DNA from: Longimicrobiales bacterium
Lineage (GTDB): Bacteria; Gemmatimonadota; Gemmatimonadetes; Longimicrobiales; Gaopeijiaceae
NCBI GenBank assembly: GCA_963664435.2
Contig: CAXXKM010000001.1
Coordinates: forward strand, 896,001 to 960,000
DNA: 64,000 nt
Direction: 5' to 3'
Part shown: positions 36,001 through 43,230 of the stretch, one piece after another
Position numbering within the stretch: position 1 is the first letter of the stretch
Layout of the letters: each line of letters begins with the position of its first letter
Translations under genes and position numbers: made by a program
The notes under the pieces: generated by a model
The model's input: only the letters and a program-made list of their open reading frames with translations
Database searches by the model: none
Told to the model about the DNA's origin: nothing

Positions 36001-36299
36001 CCTGCAGTGACGTCGACGACCTGGGCGTCGGTCTGCCGACCGATGAGTTCCGCCCTGATCTCGTACTGGCCGACGGGCACGTTCGGGAGCGCGTAGGCCC
36101 CGTCGACGTTCGTCAGCATTCCGATCTGGAGTTCGGGGATGTGGACCTGAACCGTGGCGATCGGTTCGCCGGTGTTCGAATCCGTCACCGTGCCGGTGAC
36201 AACCCCCGTCTGCGCCGCGAGGCTGCCCGTGACCATGGCCAGGGCGGCCGTAACAGCAACCGCCGATGACCAGATCCTTCTCGCGCACGTTCCATCCAT
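33009..36299 (-). CDS. susC: SusC/RagA-family TonB-linked outer-membrane protein
   Basis: 'GQPG...FRG', 'PLLIVDGV', 'DIASIEVVRGAAAASLYGSRAQAGV', 'RRDGSSLFG', 'LKPE', 'FVEDGDFVKLRE' and 'YPNYR'; terminal F. Confidence 0.93.
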   Translation of the reverse strand: MDGTCARRIWSSAVAVTAALAMVTGSLAAQTGVVTGTVTDSNTGEPIATVQVHIPELQIGMLTNVDGAYALPNVPVGQYEIRAELIGRQTDAQVVDVTAGGSVVANFVLQSRVLALDAVVVTGVAGATPETELAFTVDQVQVQDAQIASALNVASLLQGRTAGTRVIQGTGQPGDEPSIQFRGPTSIMQSQAPLLIVDGVISTGSLADIDPNDIASIEVVRGAAAASLYGSRAQAGVMEVTTRRGASLREGTHEFTVRTQYLFNDIEYLMGMTESHEYRMNAAGTAILDRSGNELDLTNRQREFSVGQYALNDNFGQPGGAGRDQWTTFQDQPVPPNLYGGQIWPQMLSSGNSYSTYLSASGNEGSTQYRASAAYQRDEGALVFHDGSSQTNVRLNLDQAIGDNLQFSLSSYVTLREQDVIFQHERAGLSDLTDLVGVEPRDPTASGGAASRGLFRGTDHYRASTDLFARDADGDLELIGDLIRRSTNPLYQLENQDWTRDRLRVMGAFDAQYSPFSWLSFQGNVSYDRTNLKEVNITPSPWKRTYPNPPRDGAMFRLEDLREELNGNLTASIQHSFGDLTTRTRFRWLAEQSTSDNFVAGGSTFSVVGVPQMGLLTTGLYTRSNAETVRSQGLFAITALTYRSRYILDLLARRDGSSLFGPDERWQNYYRVSAAWRLAEEDWWPFDFFTEFRPRYSRGTAGGRPGFSYQYQSYAVDRGRIIPKLLGNNALKPELATEQEYGVDMMVADRYRVQLNYVDLEVKDQLLLVPLSSALGFESQWRNAGTVASTTWEASIEAALVERPDLLWTARLTMDRTRQEITELNIPPFEFRDLRARMLVREGEELGAFYGSHWLSACGDLPSGMDCNQFEVNDDGLLVYVGAGNGYRDGVSKSLWGTVGEVDGMTFDWGMPIKHNRFDAEPRRLGSSQPDLNVGFLQDFQYRNLGVSLLFEGEFGAQVMNQTRQWGSRSAVGAIDQRGKPEELKKPLPYYGAAFLYDRNNRNNWFVEDGDFVKLRELSVRYTFDQNSLPGFLSQAGFDRATVNLAGRNLITFTGYLGHDPEVGKTTFGGSAAIGRIDEYFYPNYRQLGIDVELVF

Positions 36300-36489
36300 A
36301 ATGAGCCCCCACCCGCAAGCTTCCAGACTATGCAGAACGTCCAGATAAACGCGCCAATGTCCGGAAAAAAACAAAATGCCGCGCAGACCCCTCGGAGCAA
36401 CTGGTCCCGCTCCGGGCCGACGCGGCATGAAGTACCGCCATGTTCCTGCGTCCCATCTGTGCGCCTGAGGCGCTTATGTACTATCCACC

Positions 36490-36519
36490 AGACTACGCCG
36501 CGCCACGACCCGCTGTCAA
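36490..36519 (-). promoter_or_regulatory. Sigma-70-type promoter upstream of susC
   Basis: Minus strand TTGACA-N18-TAGTCT. Confidence 0.6.
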
Positions 36520-36542
36520 GCAAAGAGGACGCCCAGGGGTGT

Positions 36543-37553
36543 TCAACGGCGCAGGTCCGCCGGGCATTGCGCGATGTTGCTGAAGTCTCGAACCGTAGTC
36601 ACGCGTATGATCCCCGCGGCCCCGCGCGAACCGGCCACCAAGGTGGCGGCAGGGCCCCGAAGCACGCGGATGTCGACGATTTCACGGGTATCGAGATCCC
36701 CCAGCCCCCTGTCCGAAATCAATCCGTCGACGACCAGCAACGGCTGCGCTTCCATCGGCTCGGGCGCCGCCGGACGCCGCTTGGTGGTGATCTCGATAAC
36801 GCCGCCCTGGGCCCGCGAGCCGTAGTGGGCCGCGGCGGCCGCGCCCTTGAGGACTTCGATGCGCTCGACGTCCATGGGATCGATTCCGGCCGTGCTGTGG
36901 CCCGCGATGATCCCGTCCACCACGACCAGCGGTTGCTGCTGCGCCCCGCCCAGACTCGCAGGACCTCGAAGGAGAATATCCGCCTCCTGGCCAGGAAGAC
37001 CGCTTCCCCGCACCACCCTTCCGCCAGCCATGCCCCGCAGGAGGTTTGCGATGCTGCCGGCCGCTGTCCCGGTCCTCAGTTCGGACCCACTCAGCTCCTC
37101 CACCGTGAAGGGAAGCTGGGCGCGGGGGCGCTCGGACGGCGTGCCCGTGACGACGAGCTCGTCCAAGGCAAAGGCACGAGGACCCACCTCTACGGTGACC
37201 TGAGCGGTCTGTCCGGGTTCGACCTCGACCGTCCGGGTGGCGAGTTCGCACCCCAGCGCGTAGACCGACAGCCGGTGCTCACCCGGACGCACCACGGCCA
37301 GCTGGAACCGCCCCTCGGAGTCGGTGTCCGCGCGAAGTCCCAGCTCGGGGAAGAGGACCTGAACACCGGGAAGTGCGGGACCGCCTCCGCTGTAGACCAC
37401 CTGGCCGGTGAGGCTTCCCATGGACTGCGCAGGAACGCCCCGGGGAAGGAGCGCGAGGAGCGCAACGCCCGCAAGGCAGGCGCCGACCCGGCGTCCGCGA
37501 CGAGATCGTTGTGCGAGCCGCCGGGTGTCCACCGGCTTCTGGACGCCGATCAT
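36543..37553 (-). CDS. Barrel-less SusC-like protein (carboxypeptidase-regulatory-like domain + two TonB plug domains)
   Basis: Plug 1 'PLVVVDG...DVERIEVLKGAAAAAHYGSRAQGGVIEITTK'; plug 2 'PLLVVDG...EIVDIRVLRGPAAT...GSRGAAGIIRVTT'. Stop follows soon after; GGAGG RBS. Confidence 0.8.
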   Translation of the reverse strand: MIGVQKPVDTRRLAQRSRRGRRVGACLAGVALLALLPRGVPAQSMGSLTGQVVYSGGGPALPGVQVLFPELGLRADTDSEGRFQLAVVRPGEHRLSVYALGCELATRTVEVEPGQTAQVTVEVGPRAFALDELVVTGTPSERPRAQLPFTVEELSGSELRTGTAAGSIANLLRGMAGGRVVRGSGLPGQEADILLRGPASLGGAQQQPLVVVDGIIAGHSTAGIDPMDVERIEVLKGAAAAAHYGSRAQGGVIEITTKRRPAAPEPMEAQPLLVVDGLISDRGLGDLDTREIVDIRVLRGPAATLVAGSRGAAGIIRVTTVRDFSNIAQCPADLRR

Positions 37554-37618
37554 CGAACCTCCATCGTCAACGGCGGAAGCGGTGCTGTCCGCGGCGCTGG
37601 GCAATGTCCCCCGGCGCC

Positions 37619-38263
37619 TCAGAAGTTGATCAGCAGCGTGCCGGTGAGGATCCGGTCCTTGTGGGTGAGGTCCTCGCCGAAGCGGGCGAAGGATGTCTGC
37701 AACTGCCGGAATTCGCCACGAAGCCCGAACCGGTTTTCCGCTCCGAACCGGGCTTCAACCCCGCCTGCAAGACTCCAGGCGGTGTCGAATCCCCTCGCAT
37801 CCGGCCCGCCTTGCGGGTCGAAGACCCACTTGTACGACTTCCATCCCGCGCCGACGGCCCCGTAGGGCGAAAACGTCATCGCTCCCGCCGCGAGCGGAAG
37901 GCGGACCACGAAGTCACCCTGAATGGTCCAGATCCGGGGATCACGCCCCGACACGATCGACGAGCGGCCGTCGGAAGCCCCCAGGGTCCCGTGCTCGGTC
38001 GACAGGGCGTTGACCTGTACGCCCATGTGCCGATGGAACCAGAAGTTGAGGGTGCCCCCGAGCAAACTGGCGGTGTCGAACCCCCCGCCGTCCCGGAACC
38101 GGGTCGTCGGGTTCATCTGCCCGAAGATCAAACCCACCGACACGACATCCTCGCCGGGTTCGGCGTCCCCAAGCGAACCGAACATCTGTCCGGACAGATC
38201 GGTGGCCGCATGGCCAAAGAACAGGAGCAGCGCACTAAACGTCAGAGTCAAAACCCGTTTCAT
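37619..38263 (-). CDS. Small outer-membrane beta-barrel protein (OmpA-TM/porin-like)
   Basis: Signal peptide, 'SPYGAVGAG', 'AGGVEARF...GLRGEFR' and terminal F; AGGAGG RBS. Confidence 0.8.
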   Translation of the reverse strand: MKRVLTLTFSALLLFFGHAATDLSGQMFGSLGDAEPGEDVVSVGLIFGQMNPTTRFRDGGGFDTASLLGGTLNFWFHRHMGVQVNALSTEHGTLGASDGRSSIVSGRDPRIWTIQGDFVVRLPLAAGAMTFSPYGAVGAGWKSYKWVFDPQGGPDARGFDTAWSLAGGVEARFGAENRFGLRGEFRQLQTSFARFGEDLTHKDRILTGTLLINF

Positions 38264-38307
38264 ACCGACCTCCTATGGCCTTGAATGCGCCGTGACTCCA
38301 CCATGGC

Positions 38308-38337
38308 AGACTACGCCCCGCCAATGGGAGTTGTCAA
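38308..38337 (-). promoter_or_regulatory. Sigma-70-type promoter upstream of the beta-barrel gene
   Basis: Minus strand TTGACA-N18-TAGTCT, with the same boxes as 36490-36519. Confidence 0.6.
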
Positions 38338-38494
38338 AGAGGGCCTGTCGGCTCGATCGCCATACGACGGTCACGCCGTCGACAGGCCGGATGCGCTGCG
38401 GGGTAGCGTCAGACCATTGTGAAGGGCCCCGGGGAAGGTCACACCGGACCCTCCACCCGGGGCCGAAACATGTCAGCGGCGCGAGCCGACGGGC

Positions 38495-39928
38495 TCAGCC
38501 GCCCGGGCCGGACCTCCCACCGTCCGTGGCGACCGCCGGGAGGCGCACGAAGCCGATTCCGCGGCCTTCGTCCCACTCCACCGTGGTGCCGTGCGGCTCC
38601 GACGCGTCGATCAGATCCTGAATGATCTTCCTGCCCAGCTCGCGGTCCGCGAACATCGGCCGGCCGCGCACGGTCGCGGGCTGCCCGAACCCCAGGGAAA
38701 TGGGGTGCAGCTCGAGGCTGACCAGCTCCTCGCCCCGGAATGTGGGCATCGCGACGACCGACTCCCAGATCTGGGCCCGCGTCGGGAAGCCGGTGGTCTC
38801 GTTCTGGTAGCGCACCATGTTGAAGTCCGCGACCCAGGCATCGGGCTCTCCCTCGAGTCCCTGGCCGGCGTAGTTGTCGTAGGGCAGCCGCAAAAGCGTC
38901 TCGTTCTGGAAGATGAAGTCCCCCAGCGAGTACATGATGGGCTTGCCCTTGTAGATGTCGATGCCGGTGAGGTAGTGGGGGCCGTGCCCCACGAACACGT
39001 CCGCTCCGGCGTCGATCATCGCGTGCGCGAACTTCTTCAGGTACGGGCCCTGGTTGTGCGCGTGGATCGTCACGACCACGTACTCGGCCAGCCGGGAAGC
39101 GTTGTTCACGACCGCCGCGATCTCCGCCATGTCCTGGGGATCCGGGTCGCTGTCGATGCCGGACTCGTCCCCCGGATGGAGCACCGTGCCGAACAGGTTG
39201 AGCGGCTCGCCGGGCGCCCCGAGGTCGCCCCGCTGCCCGAGTGCCTCCAGGTCCATGCCCTGGACTGACTGGCGCAGTTGCTCCAGCTGGCTCCGCTCCA
39301 CGTAACGCGTGGTGATCACGCGTAGCGGGTTGAGGCCGGGACGCCCCCGAACCGCGCCCTTGGCCGGACCGGCGATCGAATGTTCGGTGAACGCCGACGA
39401 CACCGAGATCAGTGCGACGCGGCCGTCGTGCGTCTCCAGGAAGCGAGCCTCGCGCGCCTCGGCCAGGTTCTCACCGGTCCCCGCGGTGAGCAGCCCGGCC
39501 GCTTCCGAGTGCCTGCGCGTGATCCGGTGCCCGTCCGCGGAGTAGTCGCCCGTGTGGTTGTTCGCCATCGACACCATGTCGAATCCGGCCCAGACGAGCT
39601 CGTTCGCCAGGTTCGGGTCCGCGCGCATCCAGGTGCCGCCGCTCGATGCGGCCGGATAGGGCTCGTAGTCGTGGAAGAGCACCTCCAGGTTGACGAACGA
39701 GGCGTCCGCGCTCCGCACGAGCTCGATCATGTCGAGGTATTGGGGCTCCTTGTAGGGAGAAAGCCGCCGGGTGATGATGGCGTCTCCGGTGAGCGCCACG
39801 GTGAACATACCGTCGGCGGACAGGCTTCCGGACGGATCCTGGGCGGTGGCCTCGCTGGGGCCCGCGACGGCCAGGACGGTCATCGCGCCGAAGATCGCGG
39901 CGCCGAAGAACACGGATCGCTTGAGCAT
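38495..39928 (-). CDS. CapA (PGA_cap) family metallophosphoesterase-fold protein
   Basis: 'TGD', 'NLE', 'SMANNHTGDY', 'TIHAH', 'GHGPH' and 'YSLGDF'; signal peptide; AGGAG RBS. Confidence 0.9.
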   Translation of the reverse strand: MLKRSVFFGAAIFGAMTVLAVAGPSEATAQDPSGSLSADGMFTVALTGDAIITRRLSPYKEPQYLDMIELVRSADASFVNLEVLFHDYEPYPAASSGGTWMRADPNLANELVWAGFDMVSMANNHTGDYSADGHRITRRHSEAAGLLTAGTGENLAEAREARFLETHDGRVALISVSSAFTEHSIAGPAKGAVRGRPGLNPLRVITTRYVERSQLEQLRQSVQGMDLEALGQRGDLGAPGEPLNLFGTVLHPGDESGIDSDPDPQDMAEIAAVVNNASRLAEYVVVTIHAHNQGPYLKKFAHAMIDAGADVFVGHGPHYLTGIDIYKGKPIMYSLGDFIFQNETLLRLPYDNYAGQGLEGEPDAWVADFNMVRYQNETTGFPTRAQIWESVVAMPTFRGEELVSLELHPISLGFGQPATVRGRPMFADRELGRKIIQDLIDASEPHGTTVEWDEGRGIGFVRLPAVATDGGRSGPGG

Positions 39929-40059
39929 GCCACTCCTCCTGAAAACTGGGTCGATGCTCGGGCACCGGTTGGCCCGGCTGCCTCAGACGGGCATAGTAAA
40001 GGAGTAGTGGGTGTCGTGTCGAATCCGGGAAGGTGCCGACGGCATCCTGGAGAAGGAAC

Positions 40060-40404
40060 ATGCTTGCACTGACAATCCTCTCGGGAGTTGCGTGGCTCTG
40101 GCTGCTGCTGGTCGCGCGTCACCGGCTCGAGTCCGGCAAGCCGCCGAGCCATCCCGAGGCCCGCGAGTCGCGGGGATGGGTTCGGGCGGCGCAGGCCGCG
40201 AGCGGGTTCTTCGGGGGAATGCTCGGTGCGTCGTTCGGAGGGATGCTGGAGGTGATCGGCGTGGCCGTCGCCACGGCGATCCTGTCGGCCGGAATCATCC
40301 CGCACCAGAAGCGACTGCGATCGGGCGCGGTCCGGGATCGCCGGATCCGGGCACCCGTTGACGACGAGACGGAACAGGCGTGGGACGCTGATTCCGGACC
40401 GTAG
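40060..40404 (+). CDS. Small hypothetical membrane protein
   Basis: AAGGA RBS and two or three hydrophobic segments. Confidence 0.5.
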   Translation: MLALTILSGVAWLWLLLVARHRLESGKPPSHPEARESRGWVRAAQAASGFFGGMLGASFGGMLEVIGVAVATAILSAGIIPHQKRLRSGAVRDRRIRAPVDDETEQAWDADSGP

Positions 40405-40413
40405 CCGACAGCC
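40401..40413 (+). repeat. 13-bp direct repeat, left copy (GTAGCCGACAGCC), flanking the TA module
   Basis: Identical to 41517-41529. Confidence 0.7.
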
Positions 40414-40470
40414 TGAGATTCTCCGCCGGAGCACATCCTCGGCGGCCTTGTTCGATCGGAGCGGGAGCGC

Positions 40471-40503
40471 GTAGTATCATTCCGACATGTTGAGTGATAC
40501 TAC
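40471..40503. promoter_or_regulatory. Inverted-repeat operator over the -10 box and start codon of the antitoxin
   Basis: GTAGTATCA-N15-TGATACTAC. It contains TATCAT (40475-80) and ATG 40487. Confidence 0.65.
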
Positions 40504-41110
40504 TTTCGCATCCGGCGACTCCGGCGCATCCCCCGAAGCCCCCGAATCCCGCGAATCCCGCGCTCCTTCGGGTCGTTTCGTCCTCCGAATCGATCCCGGA
40601 CTGCATGGCACCCTGCGGGAGGGCGCGCGTGCGGCGGGTGTCTCCCTTAATGAATACTGTGCGCGCAAGCTGGCATCGCCCGGCGTCTGGCTGGACGAGG
40701 AAGCCGCCGCAATCGTCGAGCGCGCCGCATCCATCCTCGGTGAATCGCTGGTGGGCGTCATGGCCTTCGGCTCGTGGGTGCGCGGCGAACACGATGCGAC
40801 CTCGGATTTCGACGTCCTCCTGATCGCGGCGGATGATGTGCCGGTTGCGCGGCAGCTGTACCGGCGCTGGGACGATGCCCCCGGGCTCTCCTGGCAAGGC
40901 CTCGAGGTGCAGCCCCATTTCGTCCATCTCCTGCCCGAAGGGGAGGTGCCTTCCGGTCTGTGGGGGGAGGTCGCCACGGATGGCGTGATCCTGCTTGAGC
41001 GCGGCTTCGAGGTGTCCCGGCGACTCGCCGAAGTCCGAAGGCGGATCGCCGACGGGGACATCGTCCGCCGCTTCGCTCAGGGGCAGCCCTACTGGGTCCG
41101 GTCGGGCTGA
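40487..41110 (+). CDS. HicB-like RHH domain fused to a minimal nucleotidyltransferase (MNT antitoxin)
   Basis: 'SGRFVLRIDPGLH...A...GVSLNEYC' (HicB-like RHH) and 'FGSWVRGEHDATSDFDVL' (GS-x10-DxD, MNT). Confidence 0.85.
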   Translation: MLSDTTFASGDSGASPEAPESRESRAPSGRFVLRIDPGLHGTLREGARAAGVSLNEYCARKLASPGVWLDEEAAAIVERAASILGESLVGVMAFGSWVRGEHDATSDFDVLLIAADDVPVARQLYRRWDDAPGLSWQGLEVQPHFVHLLPEGEVPSGLWGEVATDGVILLERGFEVSRRLAEVRRRIADGDIVRRFAQGQPYWVRSG

Positions 41111-41520
41111 TGCGAAACCCGGGGCTGGCCCTCGACTATCTCCGGCGGGCGAAGATCCGGCTTGCGGCCCTGGAGGTGCTGTTCGAGGGGGAGAGCTGGG
41201 CGGACGTGGTCCGAGAGTCGCAGGAGATCGTCGAGCTCGCCCTGAAGGGGCTGCTGCGCTTCTGCGGCATCGACCCGCCCCGGATGCACGACGTCTCGGA
41301 GGTATTGCTCGCGGAGCGGGAGCGCCTGCCGGCCAGGATCGAGCGCGACGTCGAATCGCTGGCGGAATGGTCCCGGCACCTGCGGCGTGACCGGGAGCTC
41401 GCGTTCTACGGGGCCGAGGATCTGACTCCGTCCGGGTTCTACTCGCGGGAGGACGCGGTCCATGCTCGCGCCAGCGCGCGCGACACGGTCGAGCTGGTGT
41501 ATCCGACCGTGATGGGGTAG
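41110..41520 (+). CDS. HEPN-domain protein (toxin partner of MNT)
   Basis: 'SQEIVELALKGLL...PPRMHDV...RELAFYG' (R-x4-Y type). TGATG coupling to the MNT gene. Confidence 0.88.
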   Translation: MRNPGLALDYLRRAKIRLAALEVLFEGESWADVVRESQEIVELALKGLLRFCGIDPPRMHDVSEVLLAERERLPARIERDVESLAEWSRHLRRDRELAFYGAEDLTPSGFYSREDAVHARASARDTVELVYPTVMG

Positions 41521-41529
41521 CCGACAGCC
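41517..41529 (+). repeat. 13-bp direct repeat, right copy (GTAGCCGACAGCC)
   Basis: Identical to 40401-40413. Confidence 0.7.
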
Positions 41530-41537
41530 GCCTCCGC

Positions 41538-41605
41538 GGCCACCACCTCGCGGCCACGACCTCGCAGGCGCCATCTCGCGGGCGCCATCTCGCGGGCGCC
41601 ATCTC
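41538..41605 (+). repeat. 14-bp tandem repeat, about 5 degenerate units
   Basis: GGCCACCACCTCGC, GGCCACGACCTCGC, AGGCGCCATCTCGC, GGGCGCCATCTCGC, GGGCGCCATCTC. Confidence 0.8.
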
Positions 41606-41738
41606 CGTTCGTCCTCCGCGCTCGTGTTAACCAGGCGGGTTGGCCGAACGTTCTACTTGTGAGGCACGGAGTTCCGGGCATTCGGGCGTGGCCGCCGGAG
41701 GAGCTCGGTCCGTTGGACGCGAGACACGGAGGTGATCG

Positions 41739-42149
41739 TTGTTCTGGGAAGCTGTTGAGGAGTTAGGGCCCCTTCTTCTGATATTCGGCGCCATCGTGGC
41801 CATCGTCTGGCTCAGGGGCAGAGAGAGACAGGTTCGGCTGGCCAAACAGGCGGAGACGCAACAGCAGTTGCTGGCCAAGTTCCAGTCGGGCCAGGAACTG
41901 GGCGAGTTCATCGAGACGGAGGGTGGACGCGAGTTCCTCAGCCAGTTCGAGTCCAACCCGCATGGGACCATCCTGGCCGTGCTCGGTGCCGGCATCGTCG
42001 CCTTCGTCCTGGGCCTGGGGATCCTCGTAATGGTGATCTGGGAAGGTGGCCTTCTCATCCCCGGCGTGGGCATCATGGCGCTCGGGGTCGGTCTCATTCT
42101 CGCGGCCGTCATCTCCCGGAGGCTGTCGCAGGAATGGCAGCCGGACTAA
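41739..42149 (+). CDS. ECF-associated membrane protein (DUF6249-like)
   Basis: N-terminal TM, 'QQLLAKFQSGQELGEFIETEGGREFL', then two more TMs. Lies upstream of the ECF sigma gene. Confidence 0.65.
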   Translation: MFWEAVEELGPLLLIFGAIVAIVWLRGRERQVRLAKQAETQQQLLAKFQSGQELGEFIETEGGREFLSQFESNPHGTILAVLGAGIVAFVLGLGILVMVIWEGGLLIPGVGIMALGVGLILAAVISRRLSQEWQPD

Positions 42150-42188
42150 CAGGCGAGGCAGCCGGGCGCGGGCCGCGAATGGCACGAT

Positions 42189-42689
42189 ATGGACGAAGCC
42201 GCCTTCCGTGACATCCATGAGCGAACGGCACCGCAGCTTCGAGCCTACCTGTACCTGGCGGTGAAGGATGCCGCTCTGGCGGACGATCTGCTTCAGGAGG
42301 CGTACTGCCGTCTCCTGCGCGCGAGACTGCGCGACGCAAACATCCATCAGGTGCGGTCATACCTGTACAAGACCGCGCTGAGCCTCATCTCGGATCACGG
42401 GCGCGAAGTCGTTCGCGAGCGAAGACGGCGGGAGGGGTGGAGCGCGCCGGCGGAGTCCGAAGGCCCCAGGCATGAACTGACTCTCGATATGGAACGTCTT
42501 TTCGCCCGATTGCCGCGGAAGCAGCAGACACTTCTCTGGCTGGCATACGTAGAGGGCGCCAGTCATCGCGAAATCGCAGCCTCCCTGGGGATGGCGGAAG
42601 GGAGCGTTCGGGTGGTGCTCTACCGGGCGCGCAAGAAGTTGGCGGGGATGCTCCAGGAACATGGCTGGGGCCCCAGGGAGGTGCGATGA
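42189..42689 (+). CDS. ECF RNA polymerase sigma factor
   Basis: Region 2 'ADDLLQEAY'; region 4 'LAYVEGASHREIA..LGMAEGSVRVVLYRARKKL'. Confidence 0.93.
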   Translation: MDEAAFRDIHERTAPQLRAYLYLAVKDAALADDLLQEAYCRLLRARLRDANIHQVRSYLYKTALSLISDHGREVVRERRRREGWSAPAESEGPRHELTLDMERLFARLPRKQQTLLWLAYVEGASHREIAASLGMAEGSVRVVLYRARKKLAGMLQEHGWGPREVR

Positions 42690-43156
42690 TGGCGGAGTCC
42701 TGTCCTCACGAGCGATCGGCGGCCGAAGCCGCGCGTGGCGGAAGATGGAATGACGAGCTTGCCGCGCACCTGGCGGAGTGCGTCCCGTGCCGGGAATCCC
42801 GCCGGGTGGCTCGATGGATGACGGCGTTGGCCGAGGAGTTGGACTCCCGGTTGCCTGCGGTGCCGGACCCCGACCTGATCTGGCTGAAGGCGCGGCTCCT
42901 CGGGCGAGCGCGGCGCGCCGACCGCGCGCTGCTTCCGATCAGGATCGCGGGCGCGTTGGCGGCCATCGGCTCGGGCGCGGTTCTGGCGAGCCTCCCCGAA
43001 GTGAGCTGGAACCTGAACCTGGAATGGCTGACGAACGCAGCCGCGGGGTGGCCCGGTCTGTCGGATCTCCTGCCGTCCCTTCCGCTCACGGCCCTGTGGA
43101 TTCCGACCGCGATCGCAGCGGGCTTCCTGCTGCTGTTCACCTGGAACGACGCGTAG
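42686..43156 (+). CDS. Zinc-binding (ZAS) transmembrane anti-sigma factor
   Basis: HxxxCxxC 'HLAECVPC' plus TM segments; ATGA overlap with the sigma gene. Confidence 0.8.
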   Translation: MMAESCPHERSAAEAARGGRWNDELAAHLAECVPCRESRRVARWMTALAEELDSRLPAVPDPDLIWLKARLLGRARRADRALLPIRIAGALAAIGSGAVLASLPEVSWNLNLEWLTNAAAGWPGLSDLLPSLPLTALWIPTAIAAGFLLLFTWNDA

Positions 43157-43230
43157 CCGGGCAGGGGGATGCAGCGAGCACCGACCAGACCAGGAATCCG
43201 AGGTGCTGCGCCGGGCTGCGCGGGCGGACG

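Noticed and set aside
36543..37553. susC pseudogene
   Set aside because: It has an intact RBS and signal peptide, a duplicated plug, and no barrel remnant in the following sequence. It is kept as a probable real gene.
41538..41605. Possible CRISPR array
   Set aside because: The 14-bp units are directly adjacent with no unique spacers, so this is a tandem repeat.
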